From: Gemmatimonadota bacterium
Lineage (GTDB): Bacteria > Gemmatimonadota > Gemmatimonadetes > Palauibacterales > Palauibacteraceae
Assembly: GCA_039588275.1 (NCBI GenBank)
Contig: JBDHAC010000067.1
Coordinates: forward strand, 1 to 17,288
Reading direction: 5' to 3'
DNA length: 17,288 nucleotides
Shown: in pieces, positions 7,808 through 15,110 of the stretch
Numbering within the stretch: position 1 is the first letter of the stretch
Layout of the letters: every line of letters begins with the position of its first letter
The notes under the pieces: generated by a model
Told to the model about the DNA's origin: nothing
Seen by the model: the letters and a program-made list of their open reading frames with translations, nothing else
The model's database searches: none
Position numbers and translations under genes: made by a program

Positions 7808-8980
7808 ATGCCGCGAAGCTCCCCACGATCCAGACAGCGCTGGCTTCTGGGCTCGGTGTGGCTCGTACTCGCCGGTTGTGGAGATTCGATCTTCGACCCG
7901 GTGGCCAACTGCAGTATCCCGGCGGACGCCCTGGTGGATGGCGGCACCGATCGCAGCTCGATCCCCGCGCTGGCCAACCCGGGGGTCGCTCGCATGTTCG
8001 ATCCGAGAGTCGGCTTCATCGGTTTGGACGAACGCGTGATCGGGATCGAGTTCAACGGCCAGCCTCTCGCGATCCCGCACCAGATCCTGTGGTGGCACGA
8101 GGTCGTGAACCTGGCGGTCCCCGGCCAGGAGCTCACGGTCACGCACTCGCCGCTCACCGGCTCGAGCATGATCTTCGACCGCCTGGGGACCGGTGTGGGC
8201 GAATTCACCGTCTCGAAATACGTGGTGGACAGCAACCTCGTGCTCGAGGATGAGACCGGCTCCTTGTGGCCCCAGCTGAGTCGTGCCGCACGCTGTGGAG
8301 CCAAGGACGGCCTGAGCCTCAAGTTGGTCCCACACCAGGAGGTTACCCTGAGGGGTTGGACCCTTCAGCACCCCGATACGTGGATCGTCCACCGCGCCAC
8401 CGGCTTCGAGTTCCTGTACACGCTGTACCCGTACGGTGACTACGAGGAGCAGAATGCCCGTTTTCTGTATCCGGTCGGGAGCGTAGATCCTCGCCTTCCG
8501 GCAAAGGAGCGTGTGCTCGGCGTTTCGTCGGGGGCCGGCGGCATCGCGCTCGCGCTCTCGGGATTGGGCCAGACCGCGGCCGCGGAGGGCGTCGCGGTGT
8601 GGGCCGAGAACGTCACCGTGGCGGGCGAGCCGATCGTCGTCTTCTGGAACTCGCTCTTCCGAGGCGCCGTGGCGTACCGATCGGCGGTGAACGGGCAGGA
8701 GCTCACCTTCCGCGTCGAGAACGGCGAGCGGGTCGACCAGGAGACCGGTTCGATCTGGGTGTTCGACGGGCAGGCGATCGAAGGCCCGCTGGATGGGGAG
8801 CGACTCGAGCCGGTTCGGGACGCGCACGTCTCTTTCTGGTTCGCGTGGGCCAAGTTCCAGCCCGCCACGGAGGTCTGGTCGCCACCAACACAGGCTTCCA
8901 TCGGAGCGCCGCTCGCCCCGCTCACGGAAGCCCTTCGAGCGGCCGCGCTCGAGGATGTGGAACCCGCCCGCCCGAACTGA
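7808..8980 (+). CDS. DUF3179-domain lipoprotein (Cys/Sec-less variant), 390 aa
   Basis: Lipobox LAG|C. IPALANP, IPHQILWWHEVVN, VTHSPLTGS, SNLVLEDETGSLWPQ, KERVLG, DQETGSIW, FWFAWAKFQPAT resemble DUF3179 as recalled. GAGGA RBS before ATG 7808. Confidence 0.82.
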   Translation: MPRSSPRSRQRWLLGSVWLVLAGCGDSIFDPVANCSIPADALVDGGTDRSSIPALANPGVARMFDPRVGFIGLDERVIGIEFNGQPLAIPHQILWWHEVVNLAVPGQELTVTHSPLTGSSMIFDRLGTGVGEFTVSKYVVDSNLVLEDETGSLWPQLSRAARCGAKDGLSLKLVPHQEVTLRGWTLQHPDTWIVHRATGFEFLYTLYPYGDYEEQNARFLYPVGSVDPRLPAKERVLGVSSGAGGIALALSGLGQTAAAEGVAVWAENVTVAGEPIVVFWNSLFRGAVAYRSAVNGQELTFRVENGERVDQETGSIWVFDGQAIEGPLDGERLEPVRDAHVSFWFAWAKFQPATEVWSPPTQASIGAPLAPLTEALRAAALEDVEPARPN

Positions 8981-8992
8981 GCGTTTCGCAGG

Positions 8993-9018
8993 GGAACCCT
9001 CGTCAAGCTACCCGCGTT
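8993..9018 (+). promoter_or_regulatory. ECF (SigR/SigH-type) promoter GGAAC-N18-GTT
   Basis: GGAAC 8993-8997, 18-nt spacer, GTT 9016-9018 (context CGTTCT), upstream of the propeller-TlpA gene. Confidence 0.65.
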
Positions 9019-9134
9019 CTCGATCGGTCGACGTGGATAGGCCGGTACACCCCTCGAATCGGAGGGGTCGGAGTCCGGTTCGGGACACGGTGGACGGGCC
9101 GCCCTGACATGGCACACGGACAAGAGACTCAGCG

Positions 9135-10760
9135 ATGAGACACATGCTTCAGCGATGGGGCTCCGGGAGATTCGGCGACCACACGGCAACTCTCCTGATC
9201 GCCCTGCTGACCGCGGGAGCCGTAACGGGCTGTCGTGACGTCCCGGACCTGCCGGCGGCAGGCCCGTATCCCGACGAACGGCCGCCGGTCACCGTCGAGC
9301 CCGGCTTCCTCGAATACACCACGCCGAGCGAGTCGTTGTACGTCCATCCTCTCCCCGAAGATGAACGGCTCTCTCTCCTGTTCTATCGCGGCCGCGGGGT
9401 CGCCCGCGATGGGCAGAACGCCGCGTACGTCGCCGACGCGGATGGCAGCCGCGTCCTCGTGATCGACGACCGCCTCAGGGTGACCCGAACCGTGGGCGGT
9501 CCGAATCCCGAGCAGGGTCCCTTGGGCCTGCCGCTCTCGGTTGCACCAACGTCGGAGGGGGCCGTGTTCGTCGTGGATGTTGAGCACCCTGCGGGCCTGC
9601 TCTACTTCGACGAGAGCGGGTCGTACGTCGGTGCGGCGGAGCCTCCCGTGATGAATGGCAACGTGCGCGCCGACTCGGATGGCTACCTGTGGGCGGCGCG
9701 CTCGCCGTATATCCTCGGCTTCGAGCCGACGGACGCCGAGCAGCCGCTGCTCTATCGGTTCGACCCCCTGGCGGGCGAGGGCGTGGGGATCGCCGCCATC
9801 GAGGCGTCGGCAGCACCGATGTGGAATCGGCTCGCGAACGCGGGCTCGATCGCCATCGGTCCCGAGGGGCGGGCCTACTTCGCGCATCTGCTCCGAAACG
9901 AGATCCGCGCGTACACGGCGGAGGGCGATTTGCTGTGGCGGGTACGCCGGTCGCTTCCCTTCGAGACGGTGGACGGGATCCAGCTCGGCCCTGAGGACGG
10001 GCAGGTGGTCCGCCTGCGTCCCGTCACTCAGGCGCTGGCGGTGGGCCCGGACCGCCTGCTGTACGCCCTCACCGCCACGGACCCGCCCGCCCAGCCCGGA
10101 CAGGAGGCGGAGAAGGATGCGGTGCGCCGAATCGAGGTCTACGATCCGGCTACCGGCCGCCTGCTTCGGGCCACCACCATGCCCGCGGCGTGGGCGACGT
10201 TGGCCGCGGACGAGGGGGGGCGCGTCTATCTGGCCGATGCCGAGGCGATCGACGCGTCCGCGCCAGCGCCGGAGCGGGCTCCGCTCCCGGCCTTCTCCTT
10301 CGAGACGTTCGCCGGCAAAACGGCGGCGTTCGCCGATTACAGAGGGAAGGCGTTGCTCGTGAACGTGTGGGCCAGCTGGTGCGGTCCATGCCGCGAGGAG
10401 CTTCCCCGGCTCAAGAAATACTACGAGACGCTCGACCGTGAGCGGGTCGAATTCCTGGCACTGTCGGATGATGTGGACGAGGCGGCGGCCCGCGGGTTCG
10501 CTGATCCGATGGAACTCCCGTTCCCGCTCTTCCTCGGTCACGGCGAGATCCAGGGACACCTGAACTACATCGGCCTACCGTACACCCTGATCGTGGACTA
10601 CCGCGGCCGTGTCGTCGAGGAGATCTACGGGTTCGGCAGCCAGGAGAGCTGGGAGCTGCTGACCTCGACGCTCGAGCGGGAGATGGAGCGCGTCACCGTG
10701 GACGAGCCGGGTGAGCGCTCCGGTCACGCGGGTGAGGACTCCGGTCACGAGCACGAATGA
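9135..10760 (+). CDS. Lipoprotein: NHL-like beta-propeller fused to a C-terminal TlpA/ResA-type thioredoxin domain, with a His-containing tail
   Basis: Lipobox VTG|C. Propeller-like repeats (RGVARDG..AYVAD...RVLVID; PLSVAPTSEGAVFVVD; IAIGPEGRAYFA; LAVGPDRLLYAL; LAADEGGRVYLAD). YRGKALLVNVWASWCGPCREELP and GLPYTLIVDYRGRV. Start could be ATG 9135 or 9144. Confidence 0.88.
   Translation: MRHMLQRWGSGRFGDHTATLLIALLTAGAVTGCRDVPDLPAAGPYPDERPPVTVEPGFLEYTTPSESLYVHPLPEDERLSLLFYRGRGVARDGQNAAYVADADGSRVLVIDDRLRVTRTVGGPNPEQGPLGLPLSVAPTSEGAVFVVDVEHPAGLLYFDESGSYVGAAEPPVMNGNVRADSDGYLWAARSPYILGFEPTDAEQPLLYRFDPLAGEGVGIAAIEASAAPMWNRLANAGSIAIGPEGRAYFAHLLRNEIRAYTAEGDLLWRVRRSLPFETVDGIQLGPEDGQVVRLRPVTQALAVGPDRLLYALTATDPPAQPGQEAEKDAVRRIEVYDPATGRLLRATTMPAAWATLAADEGGRVYLADAEAIDASAPAPERAPLPAFSFETFAGKTAAFADYRGKALLVNVWASWCGPCREELPRLKKYYETLDRERVEFLALSDDVDEAAARGFADPMELPFPLFLGHGEIQGHLNYIGLPYTLIVDYRGRVVEEIYGFGSQESWELLTSTLEREMERVTVDEPGERSGHAGEDSGHEHE
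10710..10749 (+). repeat. Imperfect 21-nt tandem duplication encoding GERSGHA/GEDSGHE
   Basis: GGGTGAGcgCTCCGGTCACGc followed by GGGTGAGgaCTCCGGTCACGa at the 3' end of the TlpA fusion gene. Confidence 0.6.
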
Positions 10761-10775
10761 ACCGACGTGGCCCTG

Positions 10776-10801
10776 GGAACCGAATCCCGGGGCTCCTTGT
10801 T
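10776..10801 (+). promoter_or_regulatory. ECF (SigR/SigH-type) promoter GGAAC-N18-GTT
   Basis: GGAAC 10776-10780, 18-nt spacer, GTT 10799-10801 (GTTG), upstream of ATG 10877. Confidence 0.65.
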
Positions 10802-10876
10802 GTGACGATTACGAACAGGATGAATCGGCTACCGAGAAGGCCGAAGACCGTGGGACTGACACCCGAAGGAGGACGG

Positions 10877-11263
10877 ATGAAGTCGAAGGGGCTAACCCTG
10901 GCCGCCGTGGCCGCCGCCGGTGCTTTGATCGCATCGCCGGTGCAGGCGCAGGAGATGGAGATGCCTGAGCCCCAGACGGTGACCGCAAAGGTCATCGACA
11001 TGGCGTGTTACATCAACGCCGGGCTGACGGGCGACGATCACAAGATGTGCACCGAGGTTTGCGCCAAGGCCGGCGTGCCCCTCGTGTTCCTCACGGACGA
11101 CGGTGGCATCCTGCTGCCCACGGGCATGGGCATGCCCAGCACCGGTCAGAACGAAAAGCTGATCGAGTTCGCCGAGCAGAAAGTCGCGGTTACGGGCCCG
11201 GTCGTGGAGCGCGCGGGCGCGCGTTCGATCATCGTACAGAAGATCGAAAAGGCGGGTTACTAG
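10877..11263 (+). CDS. Secreted 128-aa protein with C-X10-H-X2-C-X3-C motif, probable OB-fold metal-binding protein
   Basis: AAGGAGGA RBS. Signal peptide MKSKGLTLAAVAAAGALIASPVQA|Q; VIDMACY...GDDHKMCTEVCAKAGVP; C-terminal KVAVTGPV...IIVQKI strands. Fold is inferred. Confidence 0.85.
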   Translation: MKSKGLTLAAVAAAGALIASPVQAQEMEMPEPQTVTAKVIDMACYINAGLTGDDHKMCTEVCAKAGVPLVFLTDDGGILLPTGMGMPSTGQNEKLIEFAEQKVAVTGPVVERAGARSIIVQKIEKAGY

Positions 11264-11283
11264 CCACCCGCGATCATCCGACT

Positions 11284-11340
11284 CCGAGGGCGTGGCCCTC
11301 GGTCGAGACCGGGAAGAGGGGGGCTGGGCCCCCCTCTTTC
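11284..11340 (+). terminator. Tandem hairpins; the second is a likely intrinsic terminator
   Basis: CCGAGGGC-gtg-GCCCTCGG (11284-11302) and AAGAGGGGGGC-tgg-GCCCCCCTCTT (11314-11338), followed by TCGTT. Confidence 0.7.
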
Positions 11341-11378
11341 GTTCGGTGGGTCCCTTACGCCACGAGCACCGGTTCGGT

Positions 11379-11404
11379 TGAACCGACGCGATCCTGGAAG
11401 CGTT
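11379..11404 (+). promoter_or_regulatory. ECF promoter TGAAC-N18-GTT upstream of the sigma/anti-sigma pair
   Basis: TGAAC 11379-11383, 18-nt spacer, GTT 11402-11404. Context CGTTCT is identical to the -10 at 9015-9020. Confidence 0.6.
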
Positions 11405-11468
11405 CTTCAAGTGCGAGCGTGAAGGTCACGCCGACGTGAGATCATGAGACCGGGAGGCTCGGCGAGCG

Positions 11469-12071
11469 GTGAAGGCAACAGAGACGTTCGAGGAGAGGGT
11501 CAGCCGTTCGCTGAACGCACTCTCGGATGGCGCTCGGCTCCTGACGGGAAACCCCGACAGAGCCGATTCGCTCGTGGTGAGCGTCGTGGTGGATGCCTCT
11601 CGGGTCTACGCTCGTTCGGAGGTCGACGGAGATTTCGGTAAGTGGATTGTAGGGCGCATGGTGAAGCAGTATCTGGACTATCTGGACGGGACGGGCGGAT
11701 GGCCGGAGGATGAGCCGGTCCGGTCGCCCGATGCGCTGGAGCGATTCACCCACTCGTCGGAGAGCGACGTGGACGCCATGCTCCGGGGAATGAGCGCCCT
11801 GGAGGCCGGCGACTCCGACCGGCTGGGTCACCTGATCAGATCTGCCATGGGGCAACTCGGTCTGCTCGAGCGGACCGTCCTGTGGCTGGTCAACGTGATG
11901 GGGTTCAGCTACGCGGAGACGTCCGCCGTGGTAGGGCTGAATCCGATTGAGCTGCGCGACACGCTCCTTCGGGCACGACGCGAGCTTCAGGCCCGCCTCG
12001 CGATCGCGTTGCAGCGGGAAGTGAGCGCGGACGACTCGAAGCTCGGTTGGGGAGGGCTTGGCGGTGCCTGA
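11469..12071 (+). CDS. Divergent ECF sigma-70-family factor (sigma-like protein), 200 aa
   Basis: Region-2-like ARLLTGNPDRADSLV...FGKW and region-4-like AMGQLGLLERTVLWLVNVMGFSYAETSAVVG...LLRARRELQARL. Overlaps a downstream anti-sigma gene. Several consensus residues are replaced. Confidence 0.8.
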   Translation: MKATETFEERVSRSLNALSDGARLLTGNPDRADSLVVSVVVDASRVYARSEVDGDFGKWIVGRMVKQYLDYLDGTGGWPEDEPVRSPDALERFTHSSESDVDAMLRGMSALEAGDSDRLGHLIRSAMGQLGLLERTVLWLVNVMGFSYAETSAVVGLNPIELRDTLLRARRELQARLAIALQREVSADDSKLGWGGLGGA

Positions 12072-12864
12072 GAACGCGCGTCGAACCTCCGAGTGCGACG
12101 AGGTCCGCGAGCTCCTGTGGCCGATGGATCGACCGCGGGAGTACGTAGAGGGCGAGGAGGAGGCTCGCGTTCACCTGGAGCGCTGCCCGGCGTGCCAGGC
12201 GTTCTTCCGCCGGGATGCGGCCATAACGGCGACGCTTCGACGCCAGGGCGTTCAGGTGCACGCGCCACAGGCTTTGCGTGAGCGGGTGTTCGACGCCCTC
12301 GCACGCGAGCGGGCGCTGGGGCCCGGATCGCGCTCCGAGCCCTCTTCCCCCGCTTGGCTGTCCCGTCTGGTGCCGTTGGGAGCGGCCGCTGCGGTCGTAC
12401 TCCTGATAGGGGTCGGGCTGTTAGGTACGCCTGGAAACGAAACAGCGACGCGCGGTGAGGCGGCGGAAGGGACCTACGTCCAGGATTTTCTCAGTCGGGC
12501 GGTCGAGGCCGACGTCGTCGAGTTCCCGGAGCCGGAGGCCGTGACGGCCTTCTTCATGCGCGAGCTCGGCATCCATGTGGAGCCGATCGCCCTCGAAGCC
12601 GGCCGCATGAACCGGGCGATGATCTGTCTCATCGAGGGCGAGCGCGCGGCGATGGTCGAGTACGAGATCGAGGGGCGCACCATCGCGCACTACCTGGTTC
12701 CGGTTGCCGGTGAGACGGTGAAGCCGTCGGATGTACGGTCCGGCTCAGAGGCCGGCGTGCAGGTCGTGAGCTGGTCGGACGGCCGCTTCGAGCACGCGCT
12801 CGTCTCTGACCTCTCCGAATCAGATCTCACGGACCTCGCTCGCACCCGGTTCGCCACGCGTTGA
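12064..12864 (+). CDS. Transmembrane zinc-binding anti-sigma factor (ZAS/zf-HC2), about 266 aa
   Basis: CDEVRELL...HLERCPAC (Hx3Cx2C), APQALRERV, one TM helix (LVPLGAAAAVVLLIGVGLLG), extracytoplasmic C-terminal domain. GTG 12064 follows GGGAGG and overlaps the sigma stop. Confidence 0.9.
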   Translation: MPENARRTSECDEVRELLWPMDRPREYVEGEEEARVHLERCPACQAFFRRDAAITATLRRQGVQVHAPQALRERVFDALARERALGPGSRSEPSSPAWLSRLVPLGAAAAVVLLIGVGLLGTPGNETATRGEAAEGTYVQDFLSRAVEADVVEFPEPEAVTAFFMRELGIHVEPIALEAGRMNRAMICLIEGERAAMVEYEIEGRTIAHYLVPVAGETVKPSDVRSGSEAGVQVVSWSDGRFEHALVSDLSESDLTDLARTRFATR

Positions 12865-13041
12865 GTCCATTGCCCGCGCGGTGAAGCCGGGGGCTCTTTC
12901 TACTCCGATCTCCACGACGACTCCGGAACGACCCCCGGGGGGATGCCACCGGCACCCGTGTCGGCCCGCTCGGGGGCTCCGTGCGCCCGTTGGCCGGGAC
13001 GTGACCTGGCATACTCCCCGCTCCGATCGAATACTGAGCGA

Positions 13042-14268
13042 ATGCGAAGCTCCATATCGTCGGGTGGGGCCGATTCCCCTCTGAACGCCGGAGAGTCGTT
13101 CCCCGTCCCCGCGTTGCGCACCCGGCGCTTCTGGGCCGTATACACCGCCGCCTGGGTCGCGTACGCTGGGCTGTTCGGCTTCGGTGTCGCCTCGGAGGGG
13201 GTCGACGTCGACATGGCCGTGCTCGGCGCGGTCGGGAACGTCATCGTGCCGGGCCTGCTGGGCATCGCCCTCCTTCGATTCCAGATACCGAGCCGCTGGA
13301 CCGGATCCGGTGCCTGGTTTCGGCTCGCGGCGACGGTAGGGACGTGTCTCGGCTTCGTCGCGTTGGCCACGCTGGGCACGGAGTTGGTGTTCCTGCTCCT
13401 CCGACCGTTATACGCGAGCCGCACCGAGTGGACGTTCAACCTCGTCGTCCTCGTGTGGCGGTCCATCATGAACGTGCTGGCGTTCGTGGTCCTCGCCAGC
13501 GTGCAACAGGCGATCGTCTCGTCCGCGAGGCTCCGCGTCCACGAGCGGCGTACTGCCCGGGCCGAGGCCCTGCGGGCGCGAGCCGAGCTCGAGGCACTCC
13601 GGGCACGATTCAACCCGCACTTCGTGTTCAACACATTGCATTCCCTCATCGCGCTGGTGCGCACCGATCCGGAGCGGGCCGAACAGGCGATCGAGGAAGT
13701 AGCGGCGCTCATCCGATACGCTTCCCGTCTACAGCGCTCCCAGGTCGACGAGGTCCCGCTCGAGGAGGAGTGGCGGTTCGCCGAGAACTACCTCGCGCTA
13801 GAGTCGCTCCGCCTGGGGGACCGATTGCGCGTTCGACACGAGATAGATCCGGCGGCCATGGATGCACCGGTCCCGGTCTTCACGCTCCAACCGCTGGTCG
13901 AGAACGCGGTGCGCCACGCCGTGGCCCCACGCGCGGATGGGGGCACGATCGCCATCACCGGGACGACGGCGGGCAGCCACCTCGAACTGCACGTGAGCGA
14001 TGATGGACCGGGTAACGACCTTCGCGCCGTGGACGCATCGTCGGGCCAGGGTCTCCGTCTCCTGCGACAGAGGCTGACGGCTCTCTACGAGGACCGCGCG
14101 GAGCTGCGGATCGAAACGAGTCCGGGTGGCGGCTTCCATGTCTCCCTCCGGCTCCCGCTCGACAGCGAAGCTCACCCCGATGACGGCGGTGCGGGGCTGG
14201 CGGATGACACCGTTCGGACCGGGCCCACCGAGGCGGGGGCCGACCCTCACGCCGCGAGGAACCCGTGA
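13042..14268 (+). CDS. LytS/YehU-type membrane sensor histidine kinase
   Basis: About 4 TM segments, then LRARFNPHFVFNTLH (H box), LQPLVENAVRHA (N box), DDGPG, GQGL. Start uncertain: ATG 13042 chosen, 12943 possible. Confidence 0.9.
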   Translation: MRSSISSGGADSPLNAGESFPVPALRTRRFWAVYTAAWVAYAGLFGFGVASEGVDVDMAVLGAVGNVIVPGLLGIALLRFQIPSRWTGSGAWFRLAATVGTCLGFVALATLGTELVFLLLRPLYASRTEWTFNLVVLVWRSIMNVLAFVVLASVQQAIVSSARLRVHERRTARAEALRARAELEALRARFNPHFVFNTLHSLIALVRTDPERAEQAIEEVAALIRYASRLQRSQVDEVPLEEEWRFAENYLALESLRLGDRLRVRHEIDPAAMDAPVPVFTLQPLVENAVRHAVAPRADGGTIAITGTTAGSHLELHVSDDGPGNDLRAVDASSGQGLRLLRQRLTALYEDRAELRIETSPGGGFHVSLRLPLDSEAHPDDGGAGLADDTVRTGPTEAGADPHAARNP

Positions 14269-15002
14269 TTCGCGCGCTGCTGGTCGAAGACGAGCCGCTC
14301 GCGCTTCAATCCCTGCACGAGCTTCTGGCCGAGGTGGACTGGATCGAGGTCGTCGGCGAGGCGCGCGACGGCCGAACCGCGGTGCGGCTGATCCAGAAGC
14401 TGGAACCCGATCTCCTGTTCCTGGATGTACAGATGCCCGAGCTCAACGGGATCGAGGTGCTCGAAGAGATCACGCACCGGCCTGCCGTCGTGTTCACCAC
14501 AGCGTACGACGAGCACGCGGTGACCGCTTTCGAGCTCGGGGCGACCGATTACCTGGTCAAGCCGTTCGGCCGCAAGCGGTTCGAGGACACGCTGACCCGG
14601 GTCCGCGAGCACCTGGCGGATGAGCGGTGGACCGAATCGGCCGTCGAGCGGGCGGCGCGGGCGCTGCGCGAAGGTCCCGTCGACAGGATCTTCGCACGCA
14701 AGGGCCGCAAGATCGTCCCTGTTCCCGTGGATTCCGTGGTTCGCATCGAGGCGGGGCGGAGCTACGTCACCCTGAAGACGGCCCAGGAGGACTTCCTGCT
14801 CGGCGTCACGCTCGTCGACCTGGAAGCGCGTCTCGATCCGCGACGCTTCCTCCGCGTGCACCGGTCGCACATCGTGAACCTCGACCATCTCGTCGCGCTC
14901 GAGCCCTACGATGACCGACGCCTCCTCGTCCGTCTCGACGACGACTCCTCCGTAATCGCCAGTCGGGCCGGCTCGCGCGTGCTCCGCAGCCTGGTCGCGT
15001 AG
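14265..15002 (+). CDS. LytTR-family response regulator, 245 aa
   Basis: Receiver VEDE...FLDVQMPELNG...FTTAYDEHA...DYLVKP and LytTR FLRVHRSHIVNL...SR. GTGA overlap with the kinase stop. Confidence 0.95.
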   Translation: MIRALLVEDEPLALQSLHELLAEVDWIEVVGEARDGRTAVRLIQKLEPDLLFLDVQMPELNGIEVLEEITHRPAVVFTTAYDEHAVTAFELGATDYLVKPFGRKRFEDTLTRVREHLADERWTESAVERAARALREGPVDRIFARKGRKIVPVPVDSVVRIEAGRSYVTLKTAQEDFLLGVTLVDLEARLDPRRFLRVHRSHIVNLDHLVALEPYDDRRLLVRLDDDSSVIASRAGSRVLRSLVA

Positions 15003-15038
15003 GACTCGACGCCGCCGGTCGAAGCGGTCGCCCGGCCG

Positions 15039-15110
15039 CCACTCGCAGCCCGAAGCGGCCGTTCGCGCTGGAATCCGCCCTGTTCGCGATTTCCCCGTTG
15101 GATACTCGCT
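15039..15110 (+). promoter_or_regulatory. Candidate LytTR direct-repeat operator (four 9-mers at 20-22 nt period)
   Basis: CCACTCGCA (15039), CCGTTCGCG (15059), CTGTTCGCG (15080), ATACTCGCT (15102); resembles the AlgR-type CCGTTCGTC site. Confidence 0.55.

Noticed and set aside
8959..8985. GGAAC-N19-GTT spanning the DUF3179 stop codon
   Set aside because: Spacing differs from the N18 consensus, it lies mostly in coding sequence, and a better site is 34 nt downstream.
9110..9126. TGGCAC as a sigma54 -24 element before the propeller-TlpA gene
   Set aside because: No GC at the -12 position (GG-N10-AG).
7808..11263. Selenocysteine recoding in the DUF3179, TlpA or Cys3His genes
   Set aside because: No in-frame TGA at the relevant positions (TCG in DUF3179; TGC/TGT elsewhere). 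The terminal TGA codons fall after complete domains.
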